From an uncultured Acidimicrobiia bacterium (GTDB lineage: Bacteria > Actinomycetota > Acidimicrobiia > Spongiisociales > UBA5794), in contig CAVWBO010000007.1 of assembly GCA_963753185.1 (NCBI GenBank), positions 1,537,140 through 1,601,139 of the forward strand: a stretch of DNA of 64,000 nt. Direction: 5' to 3'. Shown in pieces: positions 48,555 through 58,964 of the stretch. The position numbers and the translations under genes were made by a program. Positions within the stretch are counted from its first letter, which is position 1; each line of letters starts with the position of its first letter. The notes under the pieces are model-generated. The model did no database searches. It saw only the letters and a list, made by a program, of their open reading frames with translations, and was not told the DNA's origin.

Positions 48555-49610
48555 ATGCACGGTGACTCGACGCGCAGTGTTCACGCCGACCGCTCGCTGG
48601 CGGACCTACCGGACATCGCTCCACCGATCCGACCTTCGACGACCTTCGCAGCAGGGTCCGACCGCACCTACCGCAGGGACGGCCACGAGACGACCGAGCG
48701 CTTCGAGGCCGTCATCGGGGCCCTCGAGGGCGGACACACCGTCGCCTACGCGTCCGGCATGGCTGCGGCGGCGGCAGCGCTCGCCCACGTCCGCCCGCGG
48801 AGGATCAGCATTCCCTTGGACGTCTATCGCGGTGTGCGTGACCTCGTGGAGACACGGGCCGCCGAAGGTGCGTTCGAGATCGTCGACCCCGAGGCGCTCG
48901 GACCTGGCGACCTGTGGTGGATCGAGACACCATCGAACCCACTCTGCCGGATCACGGATCTCGCCACCGTCGCCGCCGACGCGAAGGGGCGTGGCGTCAC
49001 CACCGCGTGCGACGCAACATTCGCCACACCCGTCCTCGTGAACCCGCTCTCGTTCGGGATCGACTTCGTCATGCACGCAACGACGAAGGCGATCGCAGGC
49101 CACTCGGACGTGATGGGTGGCGTCCTCAGCGTGTCAGACGCCGGCACTGCCGATGTTCTGCGCCGCGAACGTTCCCTGACGGGCGCCGTGCCCGGTTCAC
49201 TCGACGTGTGGCTCGCCCTTCGGGGCGTTCGGACACTGCCCCTCAGGATGGCCAGGTCCTGTCTCACGGCCGGTGCTCTGACGGAGTGGTTCTCCGGAAT
49301 CGGTGTGCCGACGTACTACCCGGGCCTCGCCACCGACCCCGGCCACGAGATCGCCGCACGGCAGATGCGTGCGATGGGCTCGATGTTCAGCGTCGACTTC
49401 GGTGACGCGACGACGGCGGACCGGTTCATCGACGTGTTGCGGCTCTTCACGAACGCAACGTCCCTCGGTGGCGTGGAGTCCCTCGTCGAGAGGCGGGCGA
49501 TCAGTGATCCGACCGTCGCCGCGGGTGTGGTCCGGTTCTCGACGGGCATCGAGGATGCAGAGGACCTCCTCGAGGATCTGGCGATGGCAGGGTCGGCCGT
49601 GCTCGCCTGA
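48555..49610 (+). CDS. Cys/Met-metabolism PLP-dependent enzyme (cystathionine gamma-synthase / beta-lyase / methionine gamma-lyase family)
   Basis: Its PLP-binding Lys lies in ATTKAIAGHSDVMGGVL. It has the fold-type I trans-sulfuration pattern. Confidence 0.8.
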   Translation: MHGDSTRSVHADRSLADLPDIAPPIRPSTTFAAGSDRTYRRDGHETTERFEAVIGALEGGHTVAYASGMAAAAAALAHVRPRRISIPLDVYRGVRDLVETRAAEGAFEIVDPEALGPGDLWWIETPSNPLCRITDLATVAADAKGRGVTTACDATFATPVLVNPLSFGIDFVMHATTKAIAGHSDVMGGVLSVSDAGTADVLRRERSLTGAVPGSLDVWLALRGVRTLPLRMARSCLTAGALTEWFSGIGVPTYYPGLATDPGHEIAARQMRAMGSMFSVDFGDATTADRFIDVLRLFTNATSLGGVESLVERRAISDPTVAAGVVRFSTGIEDAEDLLEDLAMAGSAVLA

Positions 49611-49622
49611 GTCGTGTGACGA

Positions 49623-50990
49623 TCAGAGCCGCTCCAGCGCGGCAAGGGTTTCCTCGAGTGCCTGCTTGGCATCGGCGAAGTACATCAGGGTCCCCTCCTC
49701 ATAGAACAGGGGATTGTCGATTCCGGCGAACCCGGGAGCGAGGCTCCGTTTCACCACGATCGTCGTCCGTGCAAGGTCGACGTCGAGGATCGGCATGCCG
49801 TAGATGGGACTGGTCGGGTCGGTTTTCGCCGAAGGGTTGATCACGTCGTTGGCTCCCACGACGAGGATCACGTCGGTCTGGGCCATCTTCGGGTTCGCAT
49901 GATCGAGGTCGAGCAGCAACTCGTATGAGATGTCGGCCTCCGCAAGGAGCACGTTCATGTGGCCAGGCATCCGTCCGGCGACGGGATGGATCGCGTAGTA
50001 GACCTCGATGTCTCGAGCCTCGAGCGCCTTTGCGAGGTCTCGCACCGCATGCTGGGCTTGTGCGACCGCAAGGCCGTAGCCGGGAACGACGCCCACCCGC
50101 TGTGCGTAGGCGAGGGCGATCGCCGCGTCGTCCGCCGTTGCGCGTTTGACCGGTCTCGTGCCGATCTCCGTGTCGATCGGTCCGCCTCCGAAGCCGGAGA
50201 AGAGGACATTGGCCAGCGATCGGTTCATCGCGACGGACATTTCGATCGTGAGGATGAGGCCTGCCGCACCGACAAGGGCGCCTCCGACGATGAGCGCTTG
50301 GTTCGAGATGACGAAGCCCGCCATTGCCGCAGCGATGCCCGAGAGTGAGTTGAGCAGCGAGATGACGACAGGCATGTCCGCCCCGCCGATCGGCATCACC
50401 GCGGTGACACCGAGGACCGCGGCGAGACCCCCTGAAATCCAGTAGAGGATCTCGTTGCCGGTGACGATCGCCGCACCGGCCGAGAGGACCGTCGCGGCGG
50501 CGATGGCAGCGTTCGTCGCAGAGCCGCCAGGCATGCCGACGGGTCGTCCCGTGATGATGCCCTGGAGCTTCCCGAACGCGATGAACGAACCGGTCAGTGT
50601 GATGGTGCCGATGATGAGCGAGAGGGCCGTGGTGACAGATGTCTCTGTCGCCATCGTCGACGCCGTGGCGATGATCGCCGTGGCCGCGACGAGGGCGGAG
50701 GCACCGCCTCCGAAACCGTTGAATGCAGCGACCAGCTGGGGCATGTCGGTCATCTGGACGCGCAATGCGAGGACAGCGCCGATCGCGCCGCCGACGACGA
50801 CACCACCGATCACGATGGCCCACTTCGCACCGACGTCGAGATCGACCAGGTCGACGACGGCGGTGGCCGCTGCCACCAGCATGCCGACGGCGGCGATGCG
50901 GTTGCCGCGGCGCGCTGTCACGGGCGAGGTCAGACCCTTGAGGCCAACGATGAACAGGACTCCGGCCGTGAGGTAGGCGAGCTCGATCAT
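49623..50990 (-). CDS. pntB: NAD(P) transhydrogenase subunit beta
   Basis: It has a membrane domain and a C-terminal NADP(H)-binding dIII domain (GYGLAVAQAQH...VGANDV). Confidence 0.9.
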   Translation of the reverse strand: MIELAYLTAGVLFIVGLKGLTSPVTARRGNRIAAVGMLVAAATAVVDLVDLDVGAKWAIVIGGVVVGGAIGAVLALRVQMTDMPQLVAAFNGFGGGASALVAATAIIATASTMATETSVTTALSLIIGTITLTGSFIAFGKLQGIITGRPVGMPGGSATNAAIAAATVLSAGAAIVTGNEILYWISGGLAAVLGVTAVMPIGGADMPVVISLLNSLSGIAAAMAGFVISNQALIVGGALVGAAGLILTIEMSVAMNRSLANVLFSGFGGGPIDTEIGTRPVKRATADDAAIALAYAQRVGVVPGYGLAVAQAQHAVRDLAKALEARDIEVYYAIHPVAGRMPGHMNVLLAEADISYELLLDLDHANPKMAQTDVILVVGANDVINPSAKTDPTSPIYGMPILDVDLARTTIVVKRSLAPGFAGIDNPLFYEEGTLMYFADAKQALEETLAALERL

Positions 50991-51283
50991 CGCGGTCGCC
51001 CTGGGAGCTTCTTGAACATCTCGAGCATGCGATCCGTCACGAGGAAGCCGCCAACCACGTTGATCATGGCGAATACGACAGCCAGGAAACCGAGCGCGCC
51101 TGCGACCCAGCCCGAGCCGACCGCCGCTGCGATGATCGCACCGACGATTGTGATGCCGGAGATGGCGTTCGCGCCGGACATCAGTGGTGTATGGAGGGTC
51201 GCCGGCACCCGTCGGATGACCTCGAAGCCGACGAACGCGGAGAGTACGAACACCACGATTCCCGAGATGAACGCATCGCTCAC
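50987..51283 (-). CDS. pntA: NAD(P) transhydrogenase subunit alpha part 2 (membrane dII segment)
   Basis: It is a 98-aa, 3-TM protein containing LMSGANAISGI. It has an ATGA overlap with pntB. Confidence 0.85.
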   Translation of the reverse strand: MSDAFISGIVVFVLSAFVGFEVIRRVPATLHTPLMSGANAISGITIVGAIIAAAVGSGWVAGALGFLAVVFAMINVVGGFLVTDRMLEMFKKLPGRPR

Positions 51284-52368
51284 GGTGCTTCCCCCGTCGC
51301 GAGCAGGGCCGGTCCGATGACGGGATCCTCCGGATCGATCGACAGCGCACCATCGACCACCATTCGCGTCACCACCTCGAGCAGGTTCCGCGCGTACATG
51401 CGGCTTGCGTCCTCCGCGACCCGTGAAGCCAGGTCCGTCGGACCAAGGATCGTCACGCCGCCGATCTCCACGCGTTCGTCGGGTCTCGATCCGGCCACAT
51501 TCCCCCCTGACGAGGCGGCCATGTCGATGATGACCGAGCCCGGCCGCATGAGCTCGACCATGGTCTCGTCGACGAGGCGGGGTGCCCTCCGTCCCGGCAC
51601 CTGGGCAGTGGTGATGATGAGATCACTCTCGGCGACGACGCCGGTGAGGACCTCTCGCTGGCGCAGGGCGAGATCCTCATCGACGACCCGTGCGTATCCG
51701 CCCTCATCCATCTCCTGGGTCGGTGCGTCGACGAACTTCGCACCGAGGCTCTCCACCTGCTCGCGAGTCTCCGGGCGTATGTCATAGGCGAGGACGACCG
51801 CACCGAGACGGCGAGCGGTGGCAATCGCCTGGAGGCCGGCGACGCCCACGCCGAGGATGAGGACCCTCGCCGGAGGTACGGTGCCTGCAGCTGTGACCAA
51901 CATGGGAAGGAACTTCGGCATCGTGGTCGCCCCGAGGAGAACGGCAGCGTATCCCGCCGCCGTGGCCTGCGACGAGAGGGCATCCATCGACTGTGCGAGC
52001 GTCGATCTCGGGAGGTTCTCGATCGCGATGCACCGAACTCCGCGCTGTGCCAGGGCTGAGACCGCCTCGGTGTGCGATCCGGGATCGAGGAAGCCGACGA
52101 TCGCGCCGCCGTCAACCACGACGTCGGCACCACCGTCGAATGGCGGGTTCACCGTCAGAAGCACATCGACCCGTGTGTCGGTGGTGATCGCAGGAACGAC
52201 CCGGGCTCCCGCTTCCTCGTACGCTTCGTCGCTCGCACCCGCGTCGGAACCAGCGTTCGCCTCGATGATGACCTCGAAGCCGAGGGTCGCGAGCGACGCC
52301 ACAGAGGTGGGTGTGGCAGCGACGCGGTGTTCTGTGTCGGACCGTTCGGATCTGATTCCCAGGCGCAT
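51280..52368 (-). CDS. pntA: NAD(P) transhydrogenase subunit alpha part 1 (dI, alanine dehydrogenase-like)
   Basis: It has a Rossmann motif (LILGVGVAGLQAI) and the AlaDH/PNT N-domain. Confidence 0.9.
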   Translation of the reverse strand: MRLGIRSERSDTEHRVAATPTSVASLATLGFEVIIEANAGSDAGASDEAYEEAGARVVPAITTDTRVDVLLTVNPPFDGGADVVVDGGAIVGFLDPGSHTEAVSALAQRGVRCIAIENLPRSTLAQSMDALSSQATAAGYAAVLLGATTMPKFLPMLVTAAGTVPPARVLILGVGVAGLQAIATARRLGAVVLAYDIRPETREQVESLGAKFVDAPTQEMDEGGYARVVDEDLALRQREVLTGVVAESDLIITTAQVPGRRAPRLVDETMVELMRPGSVIIDMAASSGGNVAGSRPDERVEIGGVTILGPTDLASRVAEDASRMYARNLLEVVTRMVVDGALSIDPEDPVIGPALLATGEAP

Positions 52369-52394
52369 CAGGCACCAAGGTAATCATGTCGCCG

Positions 52395-53258
52395 TCACTG
52401 AGCGGAAACGGGACCCCTGGATCCGACGGCTTCAGCCACCTGCTGGGCGGCACCCTGGATGAGATCCTTCAGCGGGGGGCGAGGCGAGCCGCTCGCGAGG
52501 CCGCAGAGGCCCGCGGCGTGCTTCGTGCCAGGCACACCGTACCCCTCGACGACTGCGGTGAGAGCGTCGAGGCGTGCCTGGGCGTCTCCGTCCCCTGTCA
52601 CGGCAGCGGCGACATCCGCCAAGGCATAGTTCGCGCTGGCTGTGATCGCGCCGTGGACGCCGGCTCGATGGCTCTCGAGGATGGCACGAGACGCACCAAC
52701 GTAGGTGATGAACCCGCCTGCGATCGTGCCGGCGAGGGCCGTGATGCGCGTCGGGTCGCCCCCGGAGTCCTTCATGCCGATGATCGAAGGATGGTGTGCG
52801 AGCGTGGCGACCGACTCCGTCGGCAATTCCCATCCCGTGACCCTGGGAACGGAGTACAAGAGGATCGGCAGGGGCGATGCGTCGGCGAGATCCTCGTAAT
52901 ACGCCTCGACGGATGCTGCCACCCCTCGTACGAGGGTCGTTGGTGTGACGACCAACACACCGTCTGCCCCTGCGTCCGCCGCTTCCCCGATCTGTCGTAC
53001 TGCCTGGCGCACCGACTCCGCGAACACCCCGCAGAGCAGCACGAGACCGGGTGCGACCTGTGCTGCGTGCTTCAGGAGCACTGCCCGTTCCCCAGGGTCG
53101 AGGTACGGTCCCTCGCCCGTCGATCCTGCGATGAGTACCGCTTCCGCGCCCTGCTCGGCCATCGTCGCGATGTTGTGTGCGTGACCGTCGACGTCGAGTG
53201 ATCCATCGGGTGTGAACGGGGTGATGAGCGCAGGCATCGTCCGTGGCCAGGCCGTCAT
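52395..53258 (-). CDS. DapA-family (4-hydroxy-tetrahydrodipicolinate synthase / DHDPS-like) aldolase
   Basis: It is a TIM-barrel Schiff-base lyase with GSTGEG and a Lys in IIGMKDSGGD. Confidence 0.75.
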   Translation of the reverse strand: MTAWPRTMPALITPFTPDGSLDVDGHAHNIATMAEQGAEAVLIAGSTGEGPYLDPGERAVLLKHAAQVAPGLVLLCGVFAESVRQAVRQIGEAADAGADGVLVVTPTTLVRGVAASVEAYYEDLADASPLPILLYSVPRVTGWELPTESVATLAHHPSIIGMKDSGGDPTRITALAGTIAGGFITYVGASRAILESHRAGVHGAITASANYALADVAAAVTGDGDAQARLDALTAVVEGYGVPGTKHAAGLCGLASGSPRPPLKDLIQGAAQQVAEAVGSRGPVSAQ

Positions 53259-54721
53259 GCCGAGTACTGCTCGGATGTCGTGGCCCCACCCGTTCCCGTC
53301 CAGTTCGTGTGGAACCACTCACCACGAGGGCGGTCGATCCGCTCGTAGGTGTGTGCTCCGAAGTAGTCACGCTGAGCCTGGATGAGGTTCGCGGGAAGCG
53401 TTCCTGACCGGTAAGCGTCATAGAACGACAGTGCCGAGGCGTATGCAGGCGTCGGAATCCCAGCCAGGGCGGCACGAGCGACCGTGCGACGCCAGCCGGG
53501 GAGGACGTGGGTGATCTCGCCTGCAAAGAACGGGCTCACGAGGAGGTTCGGCAGCGACGGGTCCGACATGCAGGCCGCCGTGATGTCGTCGAGGAACCGT
53601 GAGCGGATGATGCACCCTGCGCGCCACAGCCCGGCAACCGTTCCCGGCGCAAGACCCCACCCGTATGCATCGCTCGCGGCCGACAGCAGCATGAAGCCCT
53701 GGGCATAGGAGATGATCTTCGACCCGTAGAGGGCGTCGTGGATGTCGTCGATGACCTCTGCATGAGGATCGGTGATCGCCGCCGCACCGCCAGCGAGGAG
53801 TGCGCTCGCCGCCGCACGCTCGTCGACGAGCTCGGACACCATACGTGCGTACACCGACTCGCCCACGAGGGTGACGGGAACGGAGTGGGCGAGGGAGGCT
53901 TCGACGATCCACTTCCCTGTTCCCTTCTGACCTGCGGCATCGAGGATCTGATCCAGGGTCACAACACCGGCCTCATCGGTGTGCCCGACGATGTTCGCGG
54001 TGATTTCGATGAGATAGGAATCGAGCTTCCCGTCATTCCAGGCCTCGAAGTGCTTCTGTTGCTCGCCTGGGGTCATGCCGAGCCCCCGCCGCATCAGGTC
54101 GTATGACTCTGCGATGACCTGCATGTCTCCGTATTCGATGCCGTTGTGGACCATCTTGACGAAGTGTCCGGCGCCTCCGGGGCCGAGCCAGGCAGCCATC
54201 GGTTCGCCGTTGGACCGTGCCGCGATCGACGTGAAGATGTCCTTCACGAGCGGCCACGCCGTCGGATCGCCCCCTGGCATGATGGAGGGTCCGAGCCTCG
54301 CTCCGTCCTCGCCGCCGCTGATCCCCGCGCCCACGAAGTGGATCCCGTCTGCTCCCAACCGCTCGCAGCGCCGTTCGCTGTCCGTGTACAGCGAGTTCCC
54401 GCCGTCGATGATCACGTCGCCAGGGTCGAGCAGTGGCAGGAGGGCCTCGATCTGGGCATCGACAGGGCTCCCCGCCTTGATCATCATCATGATGCGCCTC
54501 GGCCGGCCGATCGATCCGACGAACGATTCGAGGTCTGTCCAGCCGGAGAGGCGGTCGTTGCCAGCGCGGTCGACGAACTCGAAGGTCCGCTCAGGTGTCC
54601 TGTTGAACACGGATACACGCCATTCGCGATCGAGCATGTTCTCGACGAGGTTCTGGCCCATGACGGCAAGGCCGATCATGCCGATGTCGCTCGGCGGTGC
54701 GGGAGGAGGTGAGTCGTTCAT
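53255..54721 (-). CDS. gnd: 6-phosphogluconate dehydrogenase (decarboxylating)
   Basis: It contains GLAVMGQNL and HFVKMVHNGIEYGDMQ, and is 488 aa. Confidence 0.9.
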   Translation of the reverse strand: MNDSPPPAPPSDIGMIGLAVMGQNLVENMLDREWRVSVFNRTPERTFEFVDRAGNDRLSGWTDLESFVGSIGRPRRIMMMIKAGSPVDAQIEALLPLLDPGDVIIDGGNSLYTDSERRCERLGADGIHFVGAGISGGEDGARLGPSIMPGGDPTAWPLVKDIFTSIAARSNGEPMAAWLGPGGAGHFVKMVHNGIEYGDMQVIAESYDLMRRGLGMTPGEQQKHFEAWNDGKLDSYLIEITANIVGHTDEAGVVTLDQILDAAGQKGTGKWIVEASLAHSVPVTLVGESVYARMVSELVDERAAASALLAGGAAAITDPHAEVIDDIHDALYGSKIISYAQGFMLLSAASDAYGWGLAPGTVAGLWRAGCIIRSRFLDDITAACMSDPSLPNLLVSPFFAGEITHVLPGWRRTVARAALAGIPTPAYASALSFYDAYRSGTLPANLIQAQRDYFGAHTYERIDRPRGEWFHTNWTGTGGATTSEQYSA

Positions 54722-54753
54722 CCGTGGGAGCGTACCCCAGGGTGCGAGAGGAT

Positions 54754-55818
54754 TCAGCCGAGGTGGCTGATCACAGCCGCTGTCATGGTCTCCGTGTCGA
54801 CGGTCGGCCCACCGAACGCGATGTCGGGCGTTCGGAAACCGTCGTCGAGTGCACGCGAGACAGCCAGCTCCACCGAATCGGCCTCCTTCGGCAGTCCCAG
54901 GGAGTGTCGGAGGGCCATCGCCGCCGACAGGATCATCGCGAGCGGATTGGCCGTACCGCTGCCAGCGATGTCCGGAGCCGATCCGTGGATGGGCTCATAG
55001 AGTCCTGGCCCGTCGGATCCGACCGATGCGCTCGGAAGGAGACCGATCGACCCAGGGATCATCGAGGCCTCATCCGACAAGATGTCACCGAACAGATTGC
55101 CTGTCACGATCACGTCGAAGTCCCGTGGCCTCGAGATGAGGTGCATCGCCATTGCGTCGACCAGCTGATTCTCGAACTCGACGTCCGGGAACTCGTCGGC
55201 CATGATCCGGTCGGCCGTGCGGCGCCACAACCTCGACACCGCAAGCACGTTCGCCTTGTCGACGGAGGTCACCTTGCCGCGCCTCACCCGTGCCGCCTCG
55301 GCCGCCAGCCGAACGATCCGCTCGATCTCGGTGACGGAGTACCGCATGTGGTCTGCGACCTCCGTACCGTCGTCGGAGGTCGTCGAACCACCGAAGTAGA
55401 TGCCTCCTGTCAATTCCCTGTAGATCACGATGTCGACACCTTCGACGAGGTCGCGGCGGAGCGGGGAGGCGTCGAGGAGCTGTGGGTGGGCGACGATCGG
55501 ACGCACGTTCGCGAACAGTCCGAGTTCGCTGCGAATCGCGAGGAGGCCCTGCTCGGGTCTCGTCGACGCGTGGGGGTCACTCCATCGCGGCCCCCCGACG
55601 GCACCGAGGAGGATCGCGTCCGCACCCCGTGCGGCCTCGAGCGTCGCCGCGGGAAGCGGTTCACCGGTCGCGTCGATCGCGCAACCGCCGATGAGGTGTT
55701 CCACGGTGACGATGCGATGGCCGTGGAGGGTGCCCACACGTTCGAGTACCTCCGTGGCGGCTCGGACGACTTCGGGACCGATCCCGTCCCCGGGGAGGAG
55801 GACGACCTGGGCCTTCAC
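54754..55818 (-). CDS. leuB: 3-isopropylmalate dehydrogenase
   Basis: It contains LLPGDGIGPEV and NLFGDILSDEAS. Confidence 0.9.
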   Translation of the reverse strand: MKAQVVLLPGDGIGPEVVRAATEVLERVGTLHGHRIVTVEHLIGGCAIDATGEPLPAATLEAARGADAILLGAVGGPRWSDPHASTRPEQGLLAIRSELGLFANVRPIVAHPQLLDASPLRRDLVEGVDIVIYRELTGGIYFGGSTTSDDGTEVADHMRYSVTEIERIVRLAAEAARVRRGKVTSVDKANVLAVSRLWRRTADRIMADEFPDVEFENQLVDAMAMHLISRPRDFDVIVTGNLFGDILSDEASMIPGSIGLLPSASVGSDGPGLYEPIHGSAPDIAGSGTANPLAMILSAAMALRHSLGLPKEADSVELAVSRALDDGFRTPDIAFGGPTVDTETMTAAVISHLG

Positions 55819-57347
55819 GACGGTGGCGATTCGATCGGGGTCCTACCGATGGAGGCCTTGTTCAGAGCGGAGACGATGGCCCTCACGGAACCCTCGACGA
55901 CATCGGTCGAGACACCCCGGCCCGAGTAGGCGGTCGGTCCGACCCGGATGATGACGTCGACCTTCGCCATTGCATCGGCGCCTGCCGTGAGCGGGGACAC
56001 CCGATAGTCGACGAGGGTCGCCGGGATGTCGTATGCGTCCTGGAGGGCGACGAACGCTGCGTTCACCATCCCGTCTCCCTCGGCTGTCGCGACGACCTCC
56101 TCGCCACTGCGATCGAGGGTCACGCTGGCGATCGGTGTCTCGGTGGTTCCGCCTGACACGTGGACGGCGACGAGGCTCATCGCAGCCACCTCCGTGTCCG
56201 TCTCCGCCGTGATGATCGCCCTGATGCCCTCCTCGGAGATCTCTCCCTTTCGGTCAGCGAGTTCCTTGAACCTCCGGAAGGAGCGCTGGAAGTCCTCGTC
56301 CTCGAGGGTGATGCCGAGCTTTCGGAGGGCGTCCGCGAAGGCCGCCCGACCGGAGTGCTTTCCCAGCACGATCGTCGATTCATGGCCCACTGAGGCGGGG
56401 TCCATGATCTCGTACGTCTCACGATTCATGAGGACGCCCTGTTGGTGGATCCCCGACTCGTGGGCGAAGGCGTTGCGGCCGACGACGGCCTTGTTGTACT
56501 GGATGGGGTACCCGGTGAGGCTTGACACGAGCCGGGATGTCTCGAATATCTCGGTCGTGTCGGCACCGATCTCGACCCCGAAGTGGTCCTGGCGTGTCGT
56601 GACCGCCATGATGACCTCCTCGGTCGACGTGTTCCCCGCGCGCTCACCGATTCCATTGATGGCACCCTCGATCTGTCTGGCGCCCGCATGGATCGCCGAG
56701 AGCGAGTTCGCGACGGCGAGTCCGAGATCGTTGTGGCAGTGGGTCGAGATGATCACATCCTCGTTACCCCCCCGAACGTCCGAGTAGACCCTGCTGAGGA
56801 GCTCGACGAAGTCCTCAGGCATCGCGTACCCGACGGTGTCAGGGATGTTGATCGTCGTTGCGCCTGCCCTGACGGCCGCCCTGCACACCTCGACGATGAA
56901 GTCAGGGTGTGATCGGGTCGCGTCCTGGGGGGAGAATTCGACATCGTCGACGTATCGCTTCGCCCTGGCGACGCCCTCCGTGACCGCCCCGAGCACCTCT
57001 GCTGGGGTCATCCTGAGCATCTGCTCCATGTGGATCGGCGACGTGGATACGAACACGTGGATGCGCTTGCGCTCTGCCGCGGCGAGAGCGTCGGCGGCTC
57101 TATCGATGTCGTCGGGGCGCGTCCTGGCGAGCGAGGCGATGACGGGCCCCGTCACCTCGGCTGCGATCCTCGAAACGGCCGTGAAGTCGCCGTCGCTCGA
57201 AGCCGCAAACCCCGCCTCGATGACGTCCACCCTCAGCTTTGCGAGCTGCGTTGCGATCAGGACCTTGTCATCGGGAGAAAGCGCGATGCCCGGCGCCTGT
57301 TCCCCGTCCCTCAGGGTGGTATCGAAGATGATGAGTCGGTCTGACAT
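55815..57347 (-). CDS. leuA: 2-isopropylmalate synthase (short LeuA/CimA type)
   Basis: It contains FDTTLRDGEQ and HCHNDLGLAVANSL, and is 510 aa. It has an ATGA overlap with leuB. Confidence 0.85.
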   Translation of the reverse strand: MSDRLIIFDTTLRDGEQAPGIALSPDDKVLIATQLAKLRVDVIEAGFAASSDGDFTAVSRIAAEVTGPVIASLARTRPDDIDRAADALAAAERKRIHVFVSTSPIHMEQMLRMTPAEVLGAVTEGVARAKRYVDDVEFSPQDATRSHPDFIVEVCRAAVRAGATTINIPDTVGYAMPEDFVELLSRVYSDVRGGNEDVIISTHCHNDLGLAVANSLSAIHAGARQIEGAINGIGERAGNTSTEEVIMAVTTRQDHFGVEIGADTTEIFETSRLVSSLTGYPIQYNKAVVGRNAFAHESGIHQQGVLMNRETYEIMDPASVGHESTIVLGKHSGRAAFADALRKLGITLEDEDFQRSFRRFKELADRKGEISEEGIRAIITAETDTEVAAMSLVAVHVSGGTTETPIASVTLDRSGEEVVATAEGDGMVNAAFVALQDAYDIPATLVDYRVSPLTAGADAMAKVDVIIRVGPTAYSGRGVSTDVVEGSVRAIVSALNKASIGRTPIESPPS

Positions 57348-57430
57348 TGGCGTCCTTTCCTGAGGCGATTCTCAACGAGCCTGCGAGCGCCCCGTTGCCC
57401 GTCGTACGTCAGGGAATGGCGATGACCGCA

Positions 57431-58441
57431 TCAGACGTCGTCCGCTGGTGTCTTGGCGACGAGGAAGGTCATCAGCTCGCGGAGCCGCCGTCCCGTGACC
57501 TCGACGGGGTGGTCGTGGATGGCGGATCTCGCCGCCATGAGCCTCGGAGCGCCGTTCTCGTACTCGGCCATCCACTCGCGGGCGAATGATCCATCCTGGA
57601 TCTCGGTGAGGATCGAGCGCAGCTCGGCTCTCGTGGTATCCGTCACGATGCGCGGCCCCCTGGTGATGTCGCCGTACTCGGCGGTATCGGACACGGAGTG
57701 CCTCATCCACTCGATGCCACCCTCGAAGAGGAGGTCGACGATGAGTTTGAGCTCGTGCAGGACTTCGAAATACGCCATCTCCGGTGCATATCCGGCATCG
57801 GTGAGCGTCTCGAATGCTGCCTGGATCAGTGAGTCGACGCCACCACAGAGGATGGCCTGCTCGCCGAACAGGTCGGTCTCGGTCTCGTCCCTGAACGTCG
57901 TCTCGATGACGCCTGCACGCGTCCCACCGATCGCGTGTGCGTACGACAGGGCGAGCGGGAGCGCGCTACCGGACGCGTCCTGATGGACGGCGACCAATGT
58001 CGGAACACCGGATCCGTCGACGAACTGCCGTCGAACGAGGTGTCCCGGGCCCTTTGGAGCGACCATCGCGACATCCACGTCGATCGGCGGGGTGATGAAA
58101 CCGAAGTGGATGGAGAATCCGTGTGCGAACAGGAGGGCGTCGCCTGGGGACAAGCGGGGTGCGATGAGGCTCTCGTAGACGTCGCGCTGGTTCTGGTCGG
58201 GGATGAGGACCATGATGACGTCGGCCCACTCGGCGGCGGCCTCGGGATCGACGACCTTGAGACCAGCGTCCGATGCCGGCCTGATTCGCGAGGACCCGTC
58301 ACGGAGCCCGACGACGACGTCCACGCCGGAGTCCTTGAGGTTGAGCGCGTGCGCGTGCCCCTGGCTGCCGAACCCGAGGACGGCGACCTTCCTCCGCGTG
58401 ATCAGGCCGGGATCGGCATCGGGCTCGTAGTACATCTTCAT
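57431..58441 (-). CDS. ilvC: Ketol-acid reductoisomerase
   Basis: It contains [13 protein letters not shown] and [14 protein letters not shown]. Confidence 0.9.
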   Translation of the reverse strand: MKMYYEPDADPGLITRRKVAVLGFGSQGHAHALNLKDSGVDVVVGLRDGSSRIRPASDAGLKVVDPEAAAEWADVIMVLIPDQNQRDVYESLIAPRLSPGDALLFAHGFSIHFGFITPPIDVDVAMVAPKGPGHLVRRQFVDGSGVPTLVAVHQDASGSALPLALSYAHAIGGTRAGVIETTFRDETETDLFGEQAILCGGVDSLIQAAFETLTDAGYAPEMAYFEVLHELKLIVDLLFEGGIEWMRHSVSDTAEYGDITRGPRIVTDTTRAELRSILTEIQDGSFAREWMAEYENGAPRLMAARSAIHDHPVEVTGRRLRELMTFLVAKTPADDV

Positions 58442-58475
58442 GGTGTTCTCCAGTTTCGAGGACGGTGACGCGCCC

Positions 58476-58964
58476 TTACCTGCGTGCGCCGGCCTTCGCG
58501 TCCTTCGCCAGGGCGATTCGACCCGATTTGACCAGCGAAATGATCCCGTAGGTGCGCATGATCTCGAGGAAGTCGGCGAGCCGACTCGGTTCGCCGACGA
58601 CCTCGAATGTGATGGTCGTGGCTCCCACATCGACGGCCTTCGCCTCGAAGATGTTCGCTGCCTCGAGGATCTCGCTTCGGCGCGCCGTGTCGGCGTTGAC
58701 CCGCACGAGCATGATCTCGCGCTCGATCGCCTCGCCGGGTAGGTGCTCGGTCACCTTGATCGTGTGCACGAGCTTGTAGAGCTGCTTGACGATCTGCTCG
58801 ACCTCGGGGGCGTCGACCACCATGGTGATGCGTGACCGTGTCGGGTCCTCCGTCGGTCCGACAGCGAGGGAGTGGATGTTGAAGTCCCTCCTCGCGAACA
58901 TCGATGAGATGCGGGCGAGTACCCCGGGCTTGTTCTCGACCGTCACCGACAGCACATGGCTCAT
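58476..58964 (-). CDS. ilvN: Acetolactate synthase small (regulatory) subunit
   Basis: It has an ACT domain ([26 protein letters not shown]). Confidence 0.9.
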   Translation of the reverse strand: MSHVLSVTVENKPGVLARISSMFARRDFNIHSLAVGPTEDPTRSRITMVVDAPEVEQIVKQLYKLVHTIKVTEHLPGEAIEREIMLVRVNADTARRSEILEAANIFEAKAVDVGATTITFEVVGEPSRLADFLEIMRTYGIISLVKSGRIALAKDAKAGARR

